Shown piece after piece: positions 30,863 to 42,786 of a DNA stretch of 64,000 nucleotides. The translations under genes and the position numbers were made by a program. Below the pieces are notes generated by a model that searched no databases, was not told the DNA's origin, and worked only from the letters and a program-made list of their open reading frames with translations. The stretch lies in NCBI RefSeq assembly GCF_050320075.1, contig NZ_CP190018.1; one strand, given 5' to 3'. Positions within the stretch are counted from its first letter, which is position 1, and every line of letters starts with the position of its first letter. Origin of the DNA: Escherichia coli. Lineage in GTDB: Bacteria; Pseudomonadota; Gammaproteobacteria; Enterobacterales; Enterobacteriaceae.

Positions 30863-32824
30863 TTACCCTTTTCGCTTCGGCAATGTTTTCAGCAGCTCAT
30901 CCGGACTTACGGAGGCGACAACACTTCCCGGTAACGGCATTTTCAGAATGTGATTTTTAATTTTGCCGATGACGTGCATCTCGCATGGGCGGCAATCAAA
31001 CTTTAGCGTTAATACTTCATCGCCGTTAACCAGTTGCATTGGCGTCGCCTTCCAGCTTTTGATATTGCCTTTCGCCTGTTTCGGGCACAGATTGAAGGCA
31101 AAGCGCAGACAATGCTTAGTGATCATCACCGGGACTTCGCCCTTCTCTTCATGTGCCTCATACGCCGCGTCAATCAGCTGCACACCGTAGCGATGATAAA
31201 ATTCACGCGCTTTCTGGTTGTATACGTTCGCGAGGAAACTCAGATGCGTTTGCGGATAAACCGGCGCAGGATCAGCAACCGGTTTACGGCTGCCCCGCTG
31301 GTAACCGGCAAGACGTGCAGCATCCAGCATGTCGGCGGCTTCACGGCGGAACTGATTTAACAGACTGTTTGGTACAAACAGCGCACCCGGCAAATTAATT
31401 TGCACATCGCGGGCGTAATAGATGGTTTGCCCCAGTTTTGCCAGACCATCCTTTAGATTGTTCATTGCTTTTTCGGCGTTATTGGCTTCGTCGAACTGCC
31501 CGTCCAGCGTATGCGTGATGCTGACACCCTCTTCACTGGTGAGGGTCAGAATCAGTTGTTCCTGCCAGCCGCCCAGTTCAATGTCTACCGCCACCCGACG
31601 TTCGCTGGAGGTTTTTGTCAGTGCCTGCTGCCAGTTATGATCAAGATTACGGTTTAGTGGGTGATGCGGGCGAATTTTGTGCAACTCTGCTGGCATTTCA
31701 TTGGGCCAGACGCGGTACTGATTTTCTCCGGTTTTCTCGACCGTATTGGCACGAAAGCCGACGACTTCACGTTTAATCATCACGTTCAGGCCGTCGCCAT
31801 TTGCCAGTGGTTCGGAAACGGCAACATCGAGATGATCTTTCGCCACTTTCAATACTTCACCCACCGGCAGGCCGATAAATTTCGGCGAATCGAACGCGCC
31901 AATATCGCCTTTACGGGCATTCACAAAATAATCTGTGCTACCACGGTGGAAAGTCTTTTCCGTCGATGGAACAAAGAAATGTTCAGTACGACCTGATGAA
32001 GCACGCGTCAGATCGCCACGTTCTTCAATAATGGCATCCAGCATCTGGCGATAATGGGCGGTGATATTCTTCACGTAGCTCATATCTTTGTAACGCCCTT
32101 CAATCTTGAAGGAGCGTACGCCAGCATCAATCAGCGCGCCGAGGTTGGCAGTCTGATCGTTATCTTTCATCGACAGCAGATGTTTTTCATAGGAAACCAC
32201 CCGCCCCTGATCGTCTTTCAATGTGTATGGCAAACGGCACGCCTGCGAGCAATCGCCACGGTTGGCGCTACGCCCTGTTTGCGCATGAGAAATGTAGCAC
32301 TGACCCGAATAGGCCACGCACAGTGCGCCATGAATAAAGAATTCAATGGTCGCGTCCGTGGCCTGGTGAATCGCGCGGATCTGCTCAAGATTCAGCTCTC
32401 GCGCCAGCACAATCTGCGTGAAGCCAACATCAGAGAGGAACTTCGCTTTTTCTACTGTGCGAATATCGCACTGCGTACTGGCGTGCAGTTCAATCGGCGG
32501 AATATCAAGTTCCAGAATCCCCATATCCTGAACAATCAGCGCATCGACGCCGGTCTGGTAGAAGTCGGTAATCAGCCGTTGCGCAGGTTCCAGCTCATCA
32601 TCATGCAAAATGGTGTTAAGCGTGACGAAAATTTTTGCACCATAACGATGGGCAAACGGCACCAGTTCGGCAATATCTTTCAGGCTATTACTGGCATTAT
32701 GACGGGCACCAAAACCAGGGCCGCCGATATAAACAGCATCGGCACCGTGCAAAATAGCTTCGCGGGCAATGGCGGCATCGCGTGCCGGGCTTAACAGTTC
32801 AAGTCGATGAGAAGATACGGTCAC
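30863..32824 (-). CDS. ydcP: peptidase U32 family protein; start uncertain (track ORF extends to 32866 with GTG)
   Basis: U32 collagenase-like family sequence with conserved C-terminal Cys-rich region. Confidence 0.75.
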   Translation of the reverse strand: MTVSSHRLELLSPARDAAIAREAILHGADAVYIGGPGFGARHNASNSLKDIAELVPFAHRYGAKIFVTLNTILHDDELEPAQRLITDFYQTGVDALIVQDMGILELDIPPIELHASTQCDIRTVEKAKFLSDVGFTQIVLARELNLEQIRAIHQATDATIEFFIHGALCVAYSGQCYISHAQTGRSANRGDCSQACRLPYTLKDDQGRVVSYEKHLLSMKDNDQTANLGALIDAGVRSFKIEGRYKDMSYVKNITAHYRQMLDAIIEERGDLTRASSGRTEHFFVPSTEKTFHRGSTDYFVNARKGDIGAFDSPKFIGLPVGEVLKVAKDHLDVAVSEPLANGDGLNVMIKREVVGFRANTVEKTGENQYRVWPNEMPAELHKIRPHHPLNRNLDHNWQQALTKTSSERRVAVDIELGGWQEQLILTLTSEEGVSITHTLDGQFDEANNAEKAMNNLKDGLAKLGQTIYYARDVQINLPGALFVPNSLLNQFRREAADMLDAARLAGYQRGSRKPVADPAPVYPQTHLSFLANVYNQKAREFYHRYGVQLIDAAYEAHEEKGEVPVMITKHCLRFAFNLCPKQAKGNIKSWKATPMQLVNGDEVLTLKFDCRPCEMHVIGKIKNHILKMPLPGSVVASVSPDELLKTLPKRKG

Positions 32825-32896
32825 ATTCTTATCCAGTAGCTGAAAAATGGCGGCTATTTTAGCCACAAGCGCGACGTTGCGAAATAGTTTTCCCGC

Positions 32897-33433
32897 TTAA
32901 CTGCGCGGGTAATGGATGAGGGAATGAAAATGTACGATTTGCTCCCCACCATTACGATAGACATGCGTAACGTCTGCAGCAAATCGAGCGCCTTTTCCAC
33001 AATTAAGGCTCTGCCATTCACCATCAACGCACAGATCAAGTTGCCCATCAATGACGACAACATGTTCGATTACTCCCTTCTCATGGGGCGTCGATTCGCT
33101 TATTGCACCGGGTGCCATCTGAATCGAGAAGTGTTCAAAGCAGAGTTGTGGATCATAAGGAAACAGCGAAGTGATCACCATCGCCTGCTGTTGCGGATCA
33201 TAAACTGAAGGCGTAGCGGACTGCGGCGGAGAAATAAATGTCGAAAATGGCACATTCAACCCGGTGGCAATTTTCCATAATGTCGCGACCGTCGGGCTGG
33301 ACTCATTACGCTCAATCTGCCCTAACATCGCTTTAGAAACGCCCGTCGCTTCTGCCAGTCGCGAAAGACTCCAGCCATGCTGCTGACGTAGTTGTTTAAG
33401 TGTGGTGGATAAAAAGCGAGCGAGATTTTCCAT
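32897..33433 (-). CDS. ydcN: XRE-family helix-turn-helix regulator with C-terminal cupin domain
   Basis: 178 aa; N-terminal HTH LKQLRQQHGWSLSRLAEATGVSKAMLGQIE. Confidence 0.8.
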   Translation of the reverse strand: MENLARFLSTTLKQLRQQHGWSLSRLAEATGVSKAMLGQIERNESSPTVATLWKIATGLNVPFSTFISPPQSATPSVYDPQQQAMVITSLFPYDPQLCFEHFSIQMAPGAISESTPHEKGVIEHVVVIDGQLDLCVDGEWQSLNCGKGARFAADVTHVYRNGGEQIVHFHSLIHYPRS

Positions 33434-33524
33434 GCGACTCCTCCGGCAAAACGGAAGTTTATCACTTGTGCGTTATAACGGACAAATGCTACGGTACCTG
33501 TACGTTATAACGCACGAGGTGACT

Positions 33525-34697
33525 ATGCGTCTGTTTTCTATTCCTCCGCCCACGCTACTTGCGGGGTTTCTGGCGGTATTAATTGGCTACGCCAGTTCAG
33601 CGGCAATAATCTGGCAAGCAGCGATTGTCGCCGGAGCCACCACTGCACAAATCTCTGGCTGGATGACGGCGCTGGGGCTGGCAATGGGCGTCAGTACGCT
33701 GACTCTGACATTATGGTATCGCGTACCTGTTCTCACTGCATGGTCAACGCCTGGCGCGGCTTTGTTGGTCACCGGATTGCAGGGACTAACACTTAACGAA
33801 GCCATCGGCGTTTTTATTGTCACCAACGCGTTAATAGTCCTCTGCGGCATAACGGGACTCTTTGCTCGTCTGATGCGCATTATTCCGCACTCGCTTGCGG
33901 CGGCAATGCTTGCCGGGATTTTATTACGCTTTGGTTTACAGGCGTTTGCGAGCCTGGATGGTCAATTTACGTTGTGTGGCAGTATGTTGCTGGTATGGCT
34001 GGCAACCAGGGCCGTTGCGCCGCGCTATGCGGTAATTGCCGCGATGATTATTGGGATCGTCATCGTTATCGCGCAGGGTGACGTTGTCACAACTGATGTT
34101 GTCTTTAAACCCGTTCTCCCCACTTATATCACCCCTGATTTTGCGTTTGCTCACAGTCTGAGCGTTGCACTTCCCCTTTTTCTGGTGACGATGGCATCGC
34201 AAAACGCACCGGGTATCGCAGCAATGAAAGCAGCCGGATATTCGGCTCCTGTTTCGCCATTAATTGTATTTACTGGATTGCTGGCACTGTTTTTTTCCCC
34301 TTTCGGCGTTTATTCCGTCGGTATTGCGGCAATCACCGCGGCTATTTGCCAAAGCCCGGAAGCGCATCCGGATAAAGATCAACGTTGGCTGGCCGCTGCC
34401 GTTGCAGGCATTTTCTATTTGCTCGCAGGTCTGTTTGGTAGTGCCATTACCGGGATGATGTCTGCCCTGCCCGTAAGTTGGATCCAGATGCTGGCAGGTC
34501 TGGCGCTGTTGAGTACCATTGGCGGCAGTTTGTATCAGGCGCTGCATAATGAGCGTGAGCGAGACGCGGCGGTGGTGGCATTTCTGGTAACGGCAAGTGG
34601 ATTGACGCTGTTCGGGATTGGTTCTGCGTTTTGGGGATTAATTGCCGGAGGCGTTTGTTACGTGGTGTTGAATTTAATCGCTAACAGAAACCGATAA
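33525..34697 (+). CDS. ydcO: BenE-family inner-membrane transporter
   Basis: About 390 aa from MRLFSIPPP with GAGGTG Shine-Dalgarno; divergent from ydcN. Confidence 0.8.
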   Translation: MRLFSIPPPTLLAGFLAVLIGYASSAAIIWQAAIVAGATTAQISGWMTALGLAMGVSTLTLTLWYRVPVLTAWSTPGAALLVTGLQGLTLNEAIGVFIVTNALIVLCGITGLFARLMRIIPHSLAAAMLAGILLRFGLQAFASLDGQFTLCGSMLLVWLATRAVAPRYAVIAAMIIGIVIVIAQGDVVTTDVVFKPVLPTYITPDFAFAHSLSVALPLFLVTMASQNAPGIAAMKAAGYSAPVSPLIVFTGLLALFFSPFGVYSVGIAAITAAICQSPEAHPDKDQRWLAAAVAGIFYLLAGLFGSAITGMMSALPVSWIQMLAGLALLSTIGGSLYQALHNERERDAAVVAFLVTASGLTLFGIGSAFWGLIAGGVCYVVLNLIANRNR

Positions 34698-34731
34698 TAA
34701 AAAGCGCCATCTAACGATGGCGCGTCTGGAA

Positions 34732-35400
34732 CTACTTTTTGTTAACGTCAAACATGGTGGCACCGGTCGCCATGTCATCAATAACTTGTTTAATATTTTC
34801 GAAAGCCATTGGCGTACTTTCGTTATTCAGGTCTTTACCTTCGCCCTGACGAACGACTTTGATAACCGGTTTATTAGTCGCTGCATCAATCAGCTCACCT
34901 TCAAAATAGAGGCGAGTATCCATGGTACGGTGGCCTGTAGCCATTTGCGTCCCCGCAACCACTAATGCAACAGGAACCACTTCATAGAATTGCAGCCCTT
35001 CTTTGCTGGTATCTACACCGGTAATGGCCCCACGGAAAATCAGACTATGCGGCCCAGCGGTGGTAACCAGTGGTTTACGCTGCGCTATCGCTTCTTTCAT
35101 TTCGGTGTTGGTATAGTTCAAAATTTTATCCAGAACTTTCTGCCCTACCTGGGTAGAAGGTTTCGGTACCGGATAATAAGTGATTGGGTTCCAGACGATG
35201 CTGTCATATTTGCTTTGATCAAAACTCGGGTCTACCCAACGTAAAACAGGTTTACCTGTTGCCGAGGTTGTTTCTTTTAAATCAGAGTAATTGTTTAAAA
35301 AACCAGAATATTTATCTGGCTGGGTGATTTTAGAGGCACAACCAGACAGAGCCAACAAGCCGCATAAAGCTGCAACTTTCGCAAATGATGTGGTACGCAT
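34732..35400 (-). CDS. ydcL: lipoprotein YdcL
   Basis: 222 aa; lipobox LALSGC after the signal peptide. Confidence 0.8.
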   Translation of the reverse strand: MRTTSFAKVAALCGLLALSGCASKITQPDKYSGFLNNYSDLKETTSATGKPVLRWVDPSFDQSKYDSIVWNPITYYPVPKPSTQVGQKVLDKILNYTNTEMKEAIAQRKPLVTTAGPHSLIFRGAITGVDTSKEGLQFYEVVPVALVVAGTQMATGHRTMDTRLYFEGELIDAATNKPVIKVVRQGEGKDLNNESTPMAFENIKQVIDDMATGATMFDVNKK

Positions 35401-35702
35401 GAATAGTTTCCTGAGATGATTATATTACTTTCTAAGTTATAGCAAAAAGCGCCGCTTCGTGTTGTGGCAAAAAAAGTGTTGGTGAAAATAAATTTTTTAG
35501 CCCCTTTTCAGACGACATAGTCAATGTCGAAAAAGGGGCTAAGTCAATCATCAGTAGTTAAATTTCAGTAAGTTAAGCGGCTAAAAAACTTCGACTACTG
35601 TGATTAATTTCACATCCCTTCGATAAAAAATATGCTTACCGAAAAGAAGAACAGTAAACCATCTCAGCGTGGGGAATTTTCACGCGCTTTGTTCTTACCG
35701 GA

Positions 35703-36296
35703 TCATTTTTTACGTGCCAGCATCGTGGCGAAACGCAGTTTAATACGATTACCGTTGGCGTCGGTGCGGTGCAGCTCGCCGACGTCTTCATTGTATTTCA
35801 CCATCTCCCAGCCTTCGTAATATCGACGTAATTCCCCCTCTTTGAAGGCAAACGGGAAGCCGACGGTACATGGATAATCAGCGGTATCCATCGCCGCCAC
35901 AATCAGGTTGTAACCGCCAGGTTTAGTGCAACGTTGCATATTGGCAATCAGCCCTGGGATGGTTTTAGCCTCAAGGAACATCAGCACCACAGTCGAAAGA
36001 ATAAAATCGTACTGTCCATCAAATGTGAGGTTATTCAGATCAACGACCCGGGTGTGTAAATTATCCAGATTTTCAATGGACTTAATGCGCTCGACGTTGG
36101 CGACACTCATGGCATTTTTATCCCATGCGTCAACATCATAACCATTGGCTGCCAGGTAAAGACTGTTACGACCATTGCCACAGCCCAGATCCAGCGTTTT
36201 ACCCGGTTTAACCACTTTCACCGCTTCCAGCACTTCAGAGTGTGTGCGGGTTAATTCATATTTATCAGTAAAATAGTTTTCATCACGAATGATCAT
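35703..36296 (-). CDS. tehB: tellurite methyltransferase (SAM-dependent)
   Basis: 197 aa; SAM-binding motif [15 protein letters not shown]. Confidence 0.9.
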   Translation of the reverse strand: MIIRDENYFTDKYELTRTHSEVLEAVKVVKPGKTLDLGCGNGRNSLYLAANGYDVDAWDKNAMSVANVERIKSIENLDNLHTRVVDLNNLTFDGQYDFILSTVVLMFLEAKTIPGLIANMQRCTKPGGYNLIVAAMDTADYPCTVGFPFAFKEGELRRYYEGWEMVKYNEDVGELHRTDANGNRIKLRFATMLARKK

Positions 36297-37285
36297 TCTT
36301 TGTCCTCTGCTTTCATTAAAACGGCGCGCTCGGTTCTGACTAACAATTTTCCCTGCATCAGAAGCGCAAAAGTACGGATGAGCAGTATTGCAATAATAAA
36401 ATTGGTAAAGATAAACAGCGGCACCGCCAGCGTATGGAAAAATCCATTATCGCTGCCACTCCCCAGATGCAAACCGGTGGTTGCCAGTGCAGATACGCCG
36501 AACGAGAAACTCCAGAATGAAGCATTAAATGGCTGGGAGAGATACCATGGCATCAGACGTAGCATAAACAGCAGTTGCAGCAGTCCATAACCGAAAAGCA
36601 TTTTCGCCAGCGTGTCACCCTCGCCGCCGTTGACGCTCAGCCAGGCACTACAGGCCACCAGTGCAGGAGCGAGCTGAATGCCGAGTGAGGTCCGCAGTGC
36701 CGTGGGTAATTCTCCCGAACTGCGCAGACGCTGCAAGATCACAGGTTCAAGGCTTAGCCATGAGAAAACGCCTGCGCCTAAAAACACCAGACCTGCGTCG
36801 GTGTAGCCCAACGCACCACAGGCCATTGCGCTGATAAAGTTGTTGGCAACTGTCGGCAGATACAGTCCAGGCGTGGTAGCTTCTTCAGGGTGAGATCCGC
36901 GCCATAATCCCGCAGTTTGCCATGCGGCATAAGCCAGTTGCACCACGACACCAAAACTGAACAGGCACACCGCCAGTGGACGAAACCACGGAACAAAACC
37001 AATCGCCACCAGCATCGTCGTTGCCGGAAACAAACTCACAAAACTGCTCAGCACTGGATGGCGAACTTCCGCCAGCACGCTATGCGGAAAGCGTATGAGT
37101 CGGGTAATAAATGCGCTAGTCAATAATCCCCAGATGATCATCGCCAGAATCACTAGCCCATCCCCTAACCAGTGGCTGACCTGCCAAACCTGGCTGGCAT
37201 AGCGCCAGGCAAATCCCATCCCTATCGTCCCCAACACAATACCAAAGTAGCCTGCCGGCAAATTGAGCACTTTATCGCTCTGCAT
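36293..37285 (-). CDS. tehA: tellurite resistance protein TehA (C4-dicarboxylate transporter/TDT family)
   Basis: 330 aa from [14 protein letters not shown]; stop overlaps tehB start by 4 bp. Confidence 0.9.
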   Translation of the reverse strand: MQSDKVLNLPAGYFGIVLGTIGMGFAWRYASQVWQVSHWLGDGLVILAMIIWGLLTSAFITRLIRFPHSVLAEVRHPVLSSFVSLFPATTMLVAIGFVPWFRPLAVCLFSFGVVVQLAYAAWQTAGLWRGSHPEEATTPGLYLPTVANNFISAMACGALGYTDAGLVFLGAGVFSWLSLEPVILQRLRSSGELPTALRTSLGIQLAPALVACSAWLSVNGGEGDTLAKMLFGYGLLQLLFMLRLMPWYLSQPFNASFWSFSFGVSALATTGLHLGSGSDNGFFHTLAVPLFIFTNFIIAILLIRTFALLMQGKLLVRTERAVLMKAEDKE

Positions 37286-37408
37286 CTTCTTACTCATTTT
37301 GTTTAATTTATAAAGTACATTTGAAATGCATTTTATGGAATTTTCTCGAGCATAGCCAGAGCCGCAGAATTTGCTACGGTTATAGTAAGTCACCTGTGGG
37401 AAAACGCT

Positions 37409-38389
37409 ATGCGCAAATATCGTCTAAGTGAAGAACAGCGAGCCTTTAGTTATCAGGAAGATGGCACTAAAAAAAGTGTGTTATTACGGCAGATTATCGC
37501 CATTAGCGATTTTAACGATGTGATAGCAGGAACCGCTGGCGGCTGGATCGATCGCGAAACGGTGTTAGCACAGGAAGGAAATTGCTGGATTTACGATCAG
37601 AATGCTATTGCGTTCGGCGGAACGGTGATTTCCGGTAATACGCGTATCACCGGCACCAGCGTTCTTTGGGGAGAGGTTTACGCAACGGATAACGTCTGGA
37701 ACGATAATAGTGAAATCAGCCAGGATGCATATATAAGTGACAGCGTCACCATTCGTGACTCATTAGTTTGTGGTCAATGTAGAATATTTGGTCACGCCTT
37801 AATTGATCAACATTCTATGATCGTCGCCGCACAAGGCTTAACGCCCGACCATCAACTCCTGCTACAAATTTATGATCGCGCAAGGGTTAGCGCCTCGCGT
37901 ATTGTTCACCAGGCACAAATTTATGGCGATGCCGTCGTCCGGTATGCTTTTATTGAACATCGCGCCGAAGTTTTTGATTTTGCCAGCGTTGAAGGTAATG
38001 AAGAGAACAACGTCTGGCTATGCGATTGCGCTAAAGTCTACGGTCACGCGCAGGTGAAAGCTGGCATAGAAGAAGATGCCATTCCGACGATTCATTACAG
38101 TTCGCAGGTGGCGGAATATGCCATTGTGGAAGGTAATTGTGTGTTAAAACATCATGTATTGATTGGCGGAAATGCCGTGGTACGTGGCGGACCGATTCTG
38201 CTCGACGAGCACGTTGTAATACAAGGTGAGAGCCGTATTACAGGTGCGGTGATAATTGAAAAACATGTGGAGTTAACCGACCACGCCGTCGTTGAAGCCT
38301 TTGATGGCGACACGGTTCATGTCCGTGGTCCAAAAGTCATTAACGGCGAGGAGCGCATTACGCGAACGCCGCTGGCAGGGTTATTGTGA
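37409..38389 (+). CDS. ydcK: hexapeptide-repeat (left-handed beta-helix) protein YdcK
   Basis: 326 aa with repeated hexapeptide-like segments. Confidence 0.8.
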   Translation: MRKYRLSEEQRAFSYQEDGTKKSVLLRQIIAISDFNDVIAGTAGGWIDRETVLAQEGNCWIYDQNAIAFGGTVISGNTRITGTSVLWGEVYATDNVWNDNSEISQDAYISDSVTIRDSLVCGQCRIFGHALIDQHSMIVAAQGLTPDHQLLLQIYDRARVSASRIVHQAQIYGDAVVRYAFIEHRAEVFDFASVEGNEENNVWLCDCAKVYGHAQVKAGIEEDAIPTIHYSSQVAEYAIVEGNCVLKHHVLIGGNAVVRGGPILLDEHVVIQGESRITGAVIIEKHVELTDHAVVEAFDGDTVHVRGPKVINGEERITRTPLAGLL

Positions 38390-38920
38390 ATCGATAATAC
38401 GCGCGTATAAGTTCACATCATCATAGGCATCATTCAGGAACTCAGCCTGTTTCAGACAACCTTCAAGGATAAAACCATTGCGCAAGGCGACCTGGTTGCT
38501 TTGCACATTGTCCACCCGACATTTGATCACGAAGCGTCTAAGTTCACCAGACTGGGCGTAATGATGAATCAATGCCTGCAGCGCCTGAGAAATGATCCCC
38601 TGCCCCTGATGAGATTCGTCCAGCCAGTAGCCGATTTCAGCGGTTTTATTCAGTGGTTCAATACGATTAAACGAGATAACGCCGATAAGTTCATCTTCTT
38701 TGAAAATCATGAACATTTTGGCATATCCGCGTTGATGCAACATTACATTGCCCTGCACCGTTTTTCGCGTGTCCTCTTCACTTTGAACAAACTGCGGCCA
38801 GTTTAGCGACTGCTGTAACCAGGTTTTATTTTTACAGATTAACTGATAAAGAGGTGTGACGTGATTTTCTGCAACAGCATGTAATTCAAGTGATTCGCTT
38901 ACTTTTATCGTTTCGGTCAT
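38381..38920 (-). CDS. rimL: ribosomal-protein-L7/L12-serine acetyltransferase (GNAT)
   Basis: 179 aa from [16 protein letters not shown] motif [10 protein letters not shown]. Confidence 0.85.
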   Translation of the reverse strand: MTETIKVSESLELHAVAENHVTPLYQLICKNKTWLQQSLNWPQFVQSEEDTRKTVQGNVMLHQRGYAKMFMIFKEDELIGVISFNRIEPLNKTAEIGYWLDESHQGQGIISQALQALIHHYAQSGELRRFVIKCRVDNVQSNQVALRNGFILEGCLKQAEFLNDAYDDVNLYARIIDSQ

Positions 38921-38982
38921 CTTATCTCCAGTCAATCCATGCAGTTGTTAAAAAAGCCGCCTGGCTGGCGGCTTAGGAAAGT

Positions 38983-39207
38983 TTACACCTCTTTGACGCT
39001 CTCCTGCTGCAGGATTTTGAGCATCTCATCTTTTAACTGTAGCTTTTGTTTTTTCATGCGGACCACTTCCGCATTGTACCCTCGACCGTCGGAACCTTCC
39101 TTTCTGGCAATTTCATGATCAAGTTTATTGTGTTTATCGAACAAGGACATAAAGCGAGGATTTTCGTTTTTCAGACGGGATATTAAATCTCGGTATTCTG
39201 GAAACAT
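38983..39207 (-). CDS. ydcH: small protein YdcH (DUF465)
   Basis: 74 aa; conserved position next to rimL. Confidence 0.7.
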   Translation of the reverse strand: MFPEYRDLISRLKNENPRFMSLFDKHNKLDHEIARKEGSDGRGYNAEVVRMKKQKLQLKDEMLKILQQESVKEV

Positions 39208-39346
39208 ACGCACTCCCTGTTAGTGGCTGACAAGGTGTATCTGAAATACACACTATCAGATTACTCATTTAACTTAGGGAAAAATGCGAGCGGGATCGTG
39301 TTTAACCAGACGGCACCTCCCGAAGAAGGTGCCGAAGAAAAAACGA

Positions 39347-41002
39347 TTAACTCATCACGCGGTCGTCAACATACTGACGTTTATCCGGCGCTGGCGGGAA
39401 ATACTGATACAGCCATGTTTCACTGATAGCGTCGCCCTGACAACGCAGATACATCCGCATATCGACCGGATCAGTGGAGTCCGAAGTCGGATACCAGTCA
39501 AACTGAATACGATAACCATCAATGGGTTCAATATAGAGAATTTCGATTTGCTTCGCTTCCCCACTGGAAAGCGTAATCACCGGCTCAATGCCTTTTGGTG
39601 CGGCAGCTTTCAGATCACCACCAACGAAATCGACGGCAAAACGACGCGCCCATTTTTCGGGATAGTGTTCACCTGGCGCCCAACCTTCCGGGAAACCGCC
39701 CATGCCGGTACGCGTCGCCATAACGCGCGCTAATGGGCAATGAACAGGCGGTTGCGCACTCCAGTACAGACGATACTGGAATGCAAACTCATCACCCGCT
39801 TTTACAGCTTTTTCTGGCTGCCAGAAGCAGACAATGTTATCCAGCGTTTCACCCGTAGTTGGGATTTCCATCAGGCCGATGGTGCCCTTACCCCACTTGT
39901 TACGCGGTTCCACCCACAGACTTGGGCGTTTGTTATACCAGCCCATAATGTCCTGATAATGAGAGAAATCACGATCCAGTTGCAATAAACCAAACCCTTT
40001 CGGGTTGTTGTCGGTGTAAGCATTGAACTGCAATTTTTGCGGATTGTTCAGCGGACGGCAAATCCACTCGCCGTTGCCCCGCCACATGGACAGACGATCA
40101 GAGTCATGGATTTGCGGATGAATGGTGTCGCACATCCGACGTTCATTAGTACCGCAGCTGAACATGCTGGTCATCGGCGCAATGCCCAGCTGTTTAATGT
40201 CTTTGCGCGCATACAGGTGATTTTCCACATCCATAATCACCTGACTTTTCTCACAATGGATAGTGAACTTATAGGCACCAGTAATGCTGGCGCTATCGAG
40301 CAACGCATAAACGGTAAAGGTGGTTGCCCCCGGTTTTACCGTATCAAACCAGAAGGCGGTAAAGTCGGGGAACTCTTCTTTACTGTCGGTGTAAGTGTCG
40401 ATCGCCAGGCCGCGAGCCGATAGACCGTATTGATATGTGTCGTCAACGGCGCGGAAATAACTCGCACCGAGGAATGATACGACATCACGGCGCGCCAGTT
40501 CGGGGGCTTTAAACACGCGAAAACCGGCAAAACCGAGATCGCTTTGCCCTTCTAATTGTTTGGTATCAACACCCGCATCGTTGTATTTGAACAACTCCGG
40601 GCGAAAGTGAATTTCACGCGCCAGATGTGTTGCGGGATCTACAGAAAACATACGAACGCGGCGACGGAATCCCATTCCCATATGGAAGAACTGAGCGTCC
40701 AGTTGACGGTTCTCAACGTTATGCCAGAGCGATTTTTCGGCGTCGTATTGAATACTGTTATAAGCCTGCGGCGTCATTGTCGCCAGAGTGTCAGGTAACG
40801 GACGCGGCGCACCTCGCCACGCTGTTTGCGCTAAGTCGTGCGCCATTGACTGTAGAATGGAGAAGTCAAAACGTTGGGTTTGCCCGTCGGCAATATCAGA
40901 ATCTGCCGCGAATGCCGCCTGAGAAAAAAGAGAAGCAATGCCGCTGGTACCGCACACGGCGGCCATAGCCATTGAACCTTTAATAAATCGTCTACGATCC
41001 AT
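39347..41002 (-). CDS. opgD: osmoregulated periplasmic glucan biosynthesis protein D, with Tat signal peptide
   Basis: 551 aa; twin-arginine signal [15 protein letters not shown]. Confidence 0.9.
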   Translation of the reverse strand: MDRRRFIKGSMAMAAVCGTSGIASLFSQAAFAADSDIADGQTQRFDFSILQSMAHDLAQTAWRGAPRPLPDTLATMTPQAYNSIQYDAEKSLWHNVENRQLDAQFFHMGMGFRRRVRMFSVDPATHLAREIHFRPELFKYNDAGVDTKQLEGQSDLGFAGFRVFKAPELARRDVVSFLGASYFRAVDDTYQYGLSARGLAIDTYTDSKEEFPDFTAFWFDTVKPGATTFTVYALLDSASITGAYKFTIHCEKSQVIMDVENHLYARKDIKQLGIAPMTSMFSCGTNERRMCDTIHPQIHDSDRLSMWRGNGEWICRPLNNPQKLQFNAYTDNNPKGFGLLQLDRDFSHYQDIMGWYNKRPSLWVEPRNKWGKGTIGLMEIPTTGETLDNIVCFWQPEKAVKAGDEFAFQYRLYWSAQPPVHCPLARVMATRTGMGGFPEGWAPGEHYPEKWARRFAVDFVGGDLKAAAPKGIEPVITLSSGEAKQIEILYIEPIDGYRIQFDWYPTSDSTDPVDMRMYLRCQGDAISETWLYQYFPPAPDKRQYVDDRVMS

Positions 41003-41226
41003 ACCTGAAAGTGAGTCCTTCTGGTGTTGTGAATGGTCCCGCGCTGGTCGTTTTCAGCGGCAAGAAAGTGCTTATTTATGACCGCTCACTCTAGACAATA
41101 TTTATTAATAATCCAATTGTTGAACTGAGAGAATATGCATAAATCGGCAATTTTTTTATGTCGATGGGATGAGCCTGATTCGTTTGTAAAATCAGGCAAA
41201 TTTTTGCAAAGGCGGATGGTCAGAGT

Positions 41227-42570
41227 TTAAAGCAAACCACAGCGACGTTTACTGCGTTCTTCCGCTTCCTGATAAAGCTGGAACTCATCCAAAACCGGGC
41301 AGCCCAACGCCTGCTCAAATGCTTCGCGACTGGCATTACCGTGACTGCGTGCCTGCGTTTCATTACCCAGATTTGACTGGAAGATCCCCGCCGCGCTAAC
41401 AGGCAAGAAATCTTCATAGGTAATGGGTTGCGCCACTACCCAACCACGTTCAATTAAGGGCTGTGGATCGTCTCCGGAATGAATCGCCTGACGATGCGCC
41501 TCACCTGAAGGCGTTAGACGGTACCGGAACCATGCCAACCCTTGCTGACGCATTAAAAACTCACTGTCAGGAAAAGTGCGGAAGGTTTCCTGTAAATGCA
41601 TTTGGTGAGTGAGATTATCCTGCCCGGTTCCAGCGTTACGCAGAAGATCATCATACAGTTGTCGCCCTTTCGGCGTTAATGCCACACCACGCTGCTCTAT
41701 TTCACCAAAGCGCGCGGTATGCGTACCCTGTTTCTGCCCTGCAAACAACACCGTCTCTTCCAGTGCTTTAAAGCTGGTCTGGCGTAGTAAAATCGGTACC
41801 TCGCGGCGCGGCGGCCCTTCGATCAGAATTTTGGGTTCAATCCCGCATTCAGGCATCATCGACTGCACCCGGTCAATATCCAGCGTACGTGGCGTCAGGT
41901 GGTTGATATGGCATCCAGGAAAACAGACCACATCAGCAATTAACCGATGTTCGTTGTGCAAGGCGCGATAGGTTTCTTCATCTACCGTTGCTGACTGGTG
42001 CCAACGAAACGTTTCCAGGGCTTCCTGCACAAACTCCTGTGCCTGTGTTTCGTTAAAACCGCCCCGCTGCTCATATTCCTCTAACAGTTGTCGACAACGT
42101 GGGGTGAAGATATCGCGCTGACGCAGAATCTCCGCCGCTTTCTGGCGCAAAATTTCGTTCTCGATAAGCTCAAGGCGGAGTAATGAAGTAAAAACGCGGA
42201 AGGGATTACGCGCCAGAGAAGCATCATCAATGGGCCGAAATGCTGTCGAATGTACCGGCACCCCCGCCTGCGAGAGATCGTAATAGCTCACCGGGTACAT
42301 CCCCATAATGGCAAACATCCGCCGAAGAGTAGCAAGCTCTTGTGCAGTCCCAACACGAATCGCCCCATGACGTTCAACATTCAGTCGCGCCAGCTCGTCT
42401 GCATTTACCATTTTTTCGTGCAGTTGAGGATTGTTTTCCAGCACAGCCAGATTCACATCAGCTACCAGTTCCAGCAGCGTGCCGTACTGCGGAACTTCTT
42501 GCTGGTACATGGCTGACATTGCCTGCGAAAACTGTTCCCGAATCTCATCCGCCGTGATGCTGTTCGCCAT
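41227..42570 (-). CDS. ydcJ: DUF1338-family metalloprotein YdcJ
   Basis: 447 aa. Confidence 0.8.
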   Translation of the reverse strand: MANSITADEIREQFSQAMSAMYQQEVPQYGTLLELVADVNLAVLENNPQLHEKMVNADELARLNVERHGAIRVGTAQELATLRRMFAIMGMYPVSYYDLSQAGVPVHSTAFRPIDDASLARNPFRVFTSLLRLELIENEILRQKAAEILRQRDIFTPRCRQLLEEYEQRGGFNETQAQEFVQEALETFRWHQSATVDEETYRALHNEHRLIADVVCFPGCHINHLTPRTLDIDRVQSMMPECGIEPKILIEGPPRREVPILLRQTSFKALEETVLFAGQKQGTHTARFGEIEQRGVALTPKGRQLYDDLLRNAGTGQDNLTHQMHLQETFRTFPDSEFLMRQQGLAWFRYRLTPSGEAHRQAIHSGDDPQPLIERGWVVAQPITYEDFLPVSAAGIFQSNLGNETQARSHGNASREAFEQALGCPVLDEFQLYQEAEERSKRRCGLL

Positions 42571-42786
42571 AGTGTCTGCCTCCAGTGGTCAGTAATCTGG
42601 AGTGTAGGTAACCGCATTCACTCCGGCGGGAAGAATTTACAAACTGTGATCTCGCCGCGAAAACATCAATATTATCCATTTTGCTGTAACATAATTGCTT
42701 TAATTGTTAATAATATTTTGCAATCAAGTTATCATAATCAAACAACTTCACTTGTCAGCGACACCGCTTCGTTTTTAACATCGCTT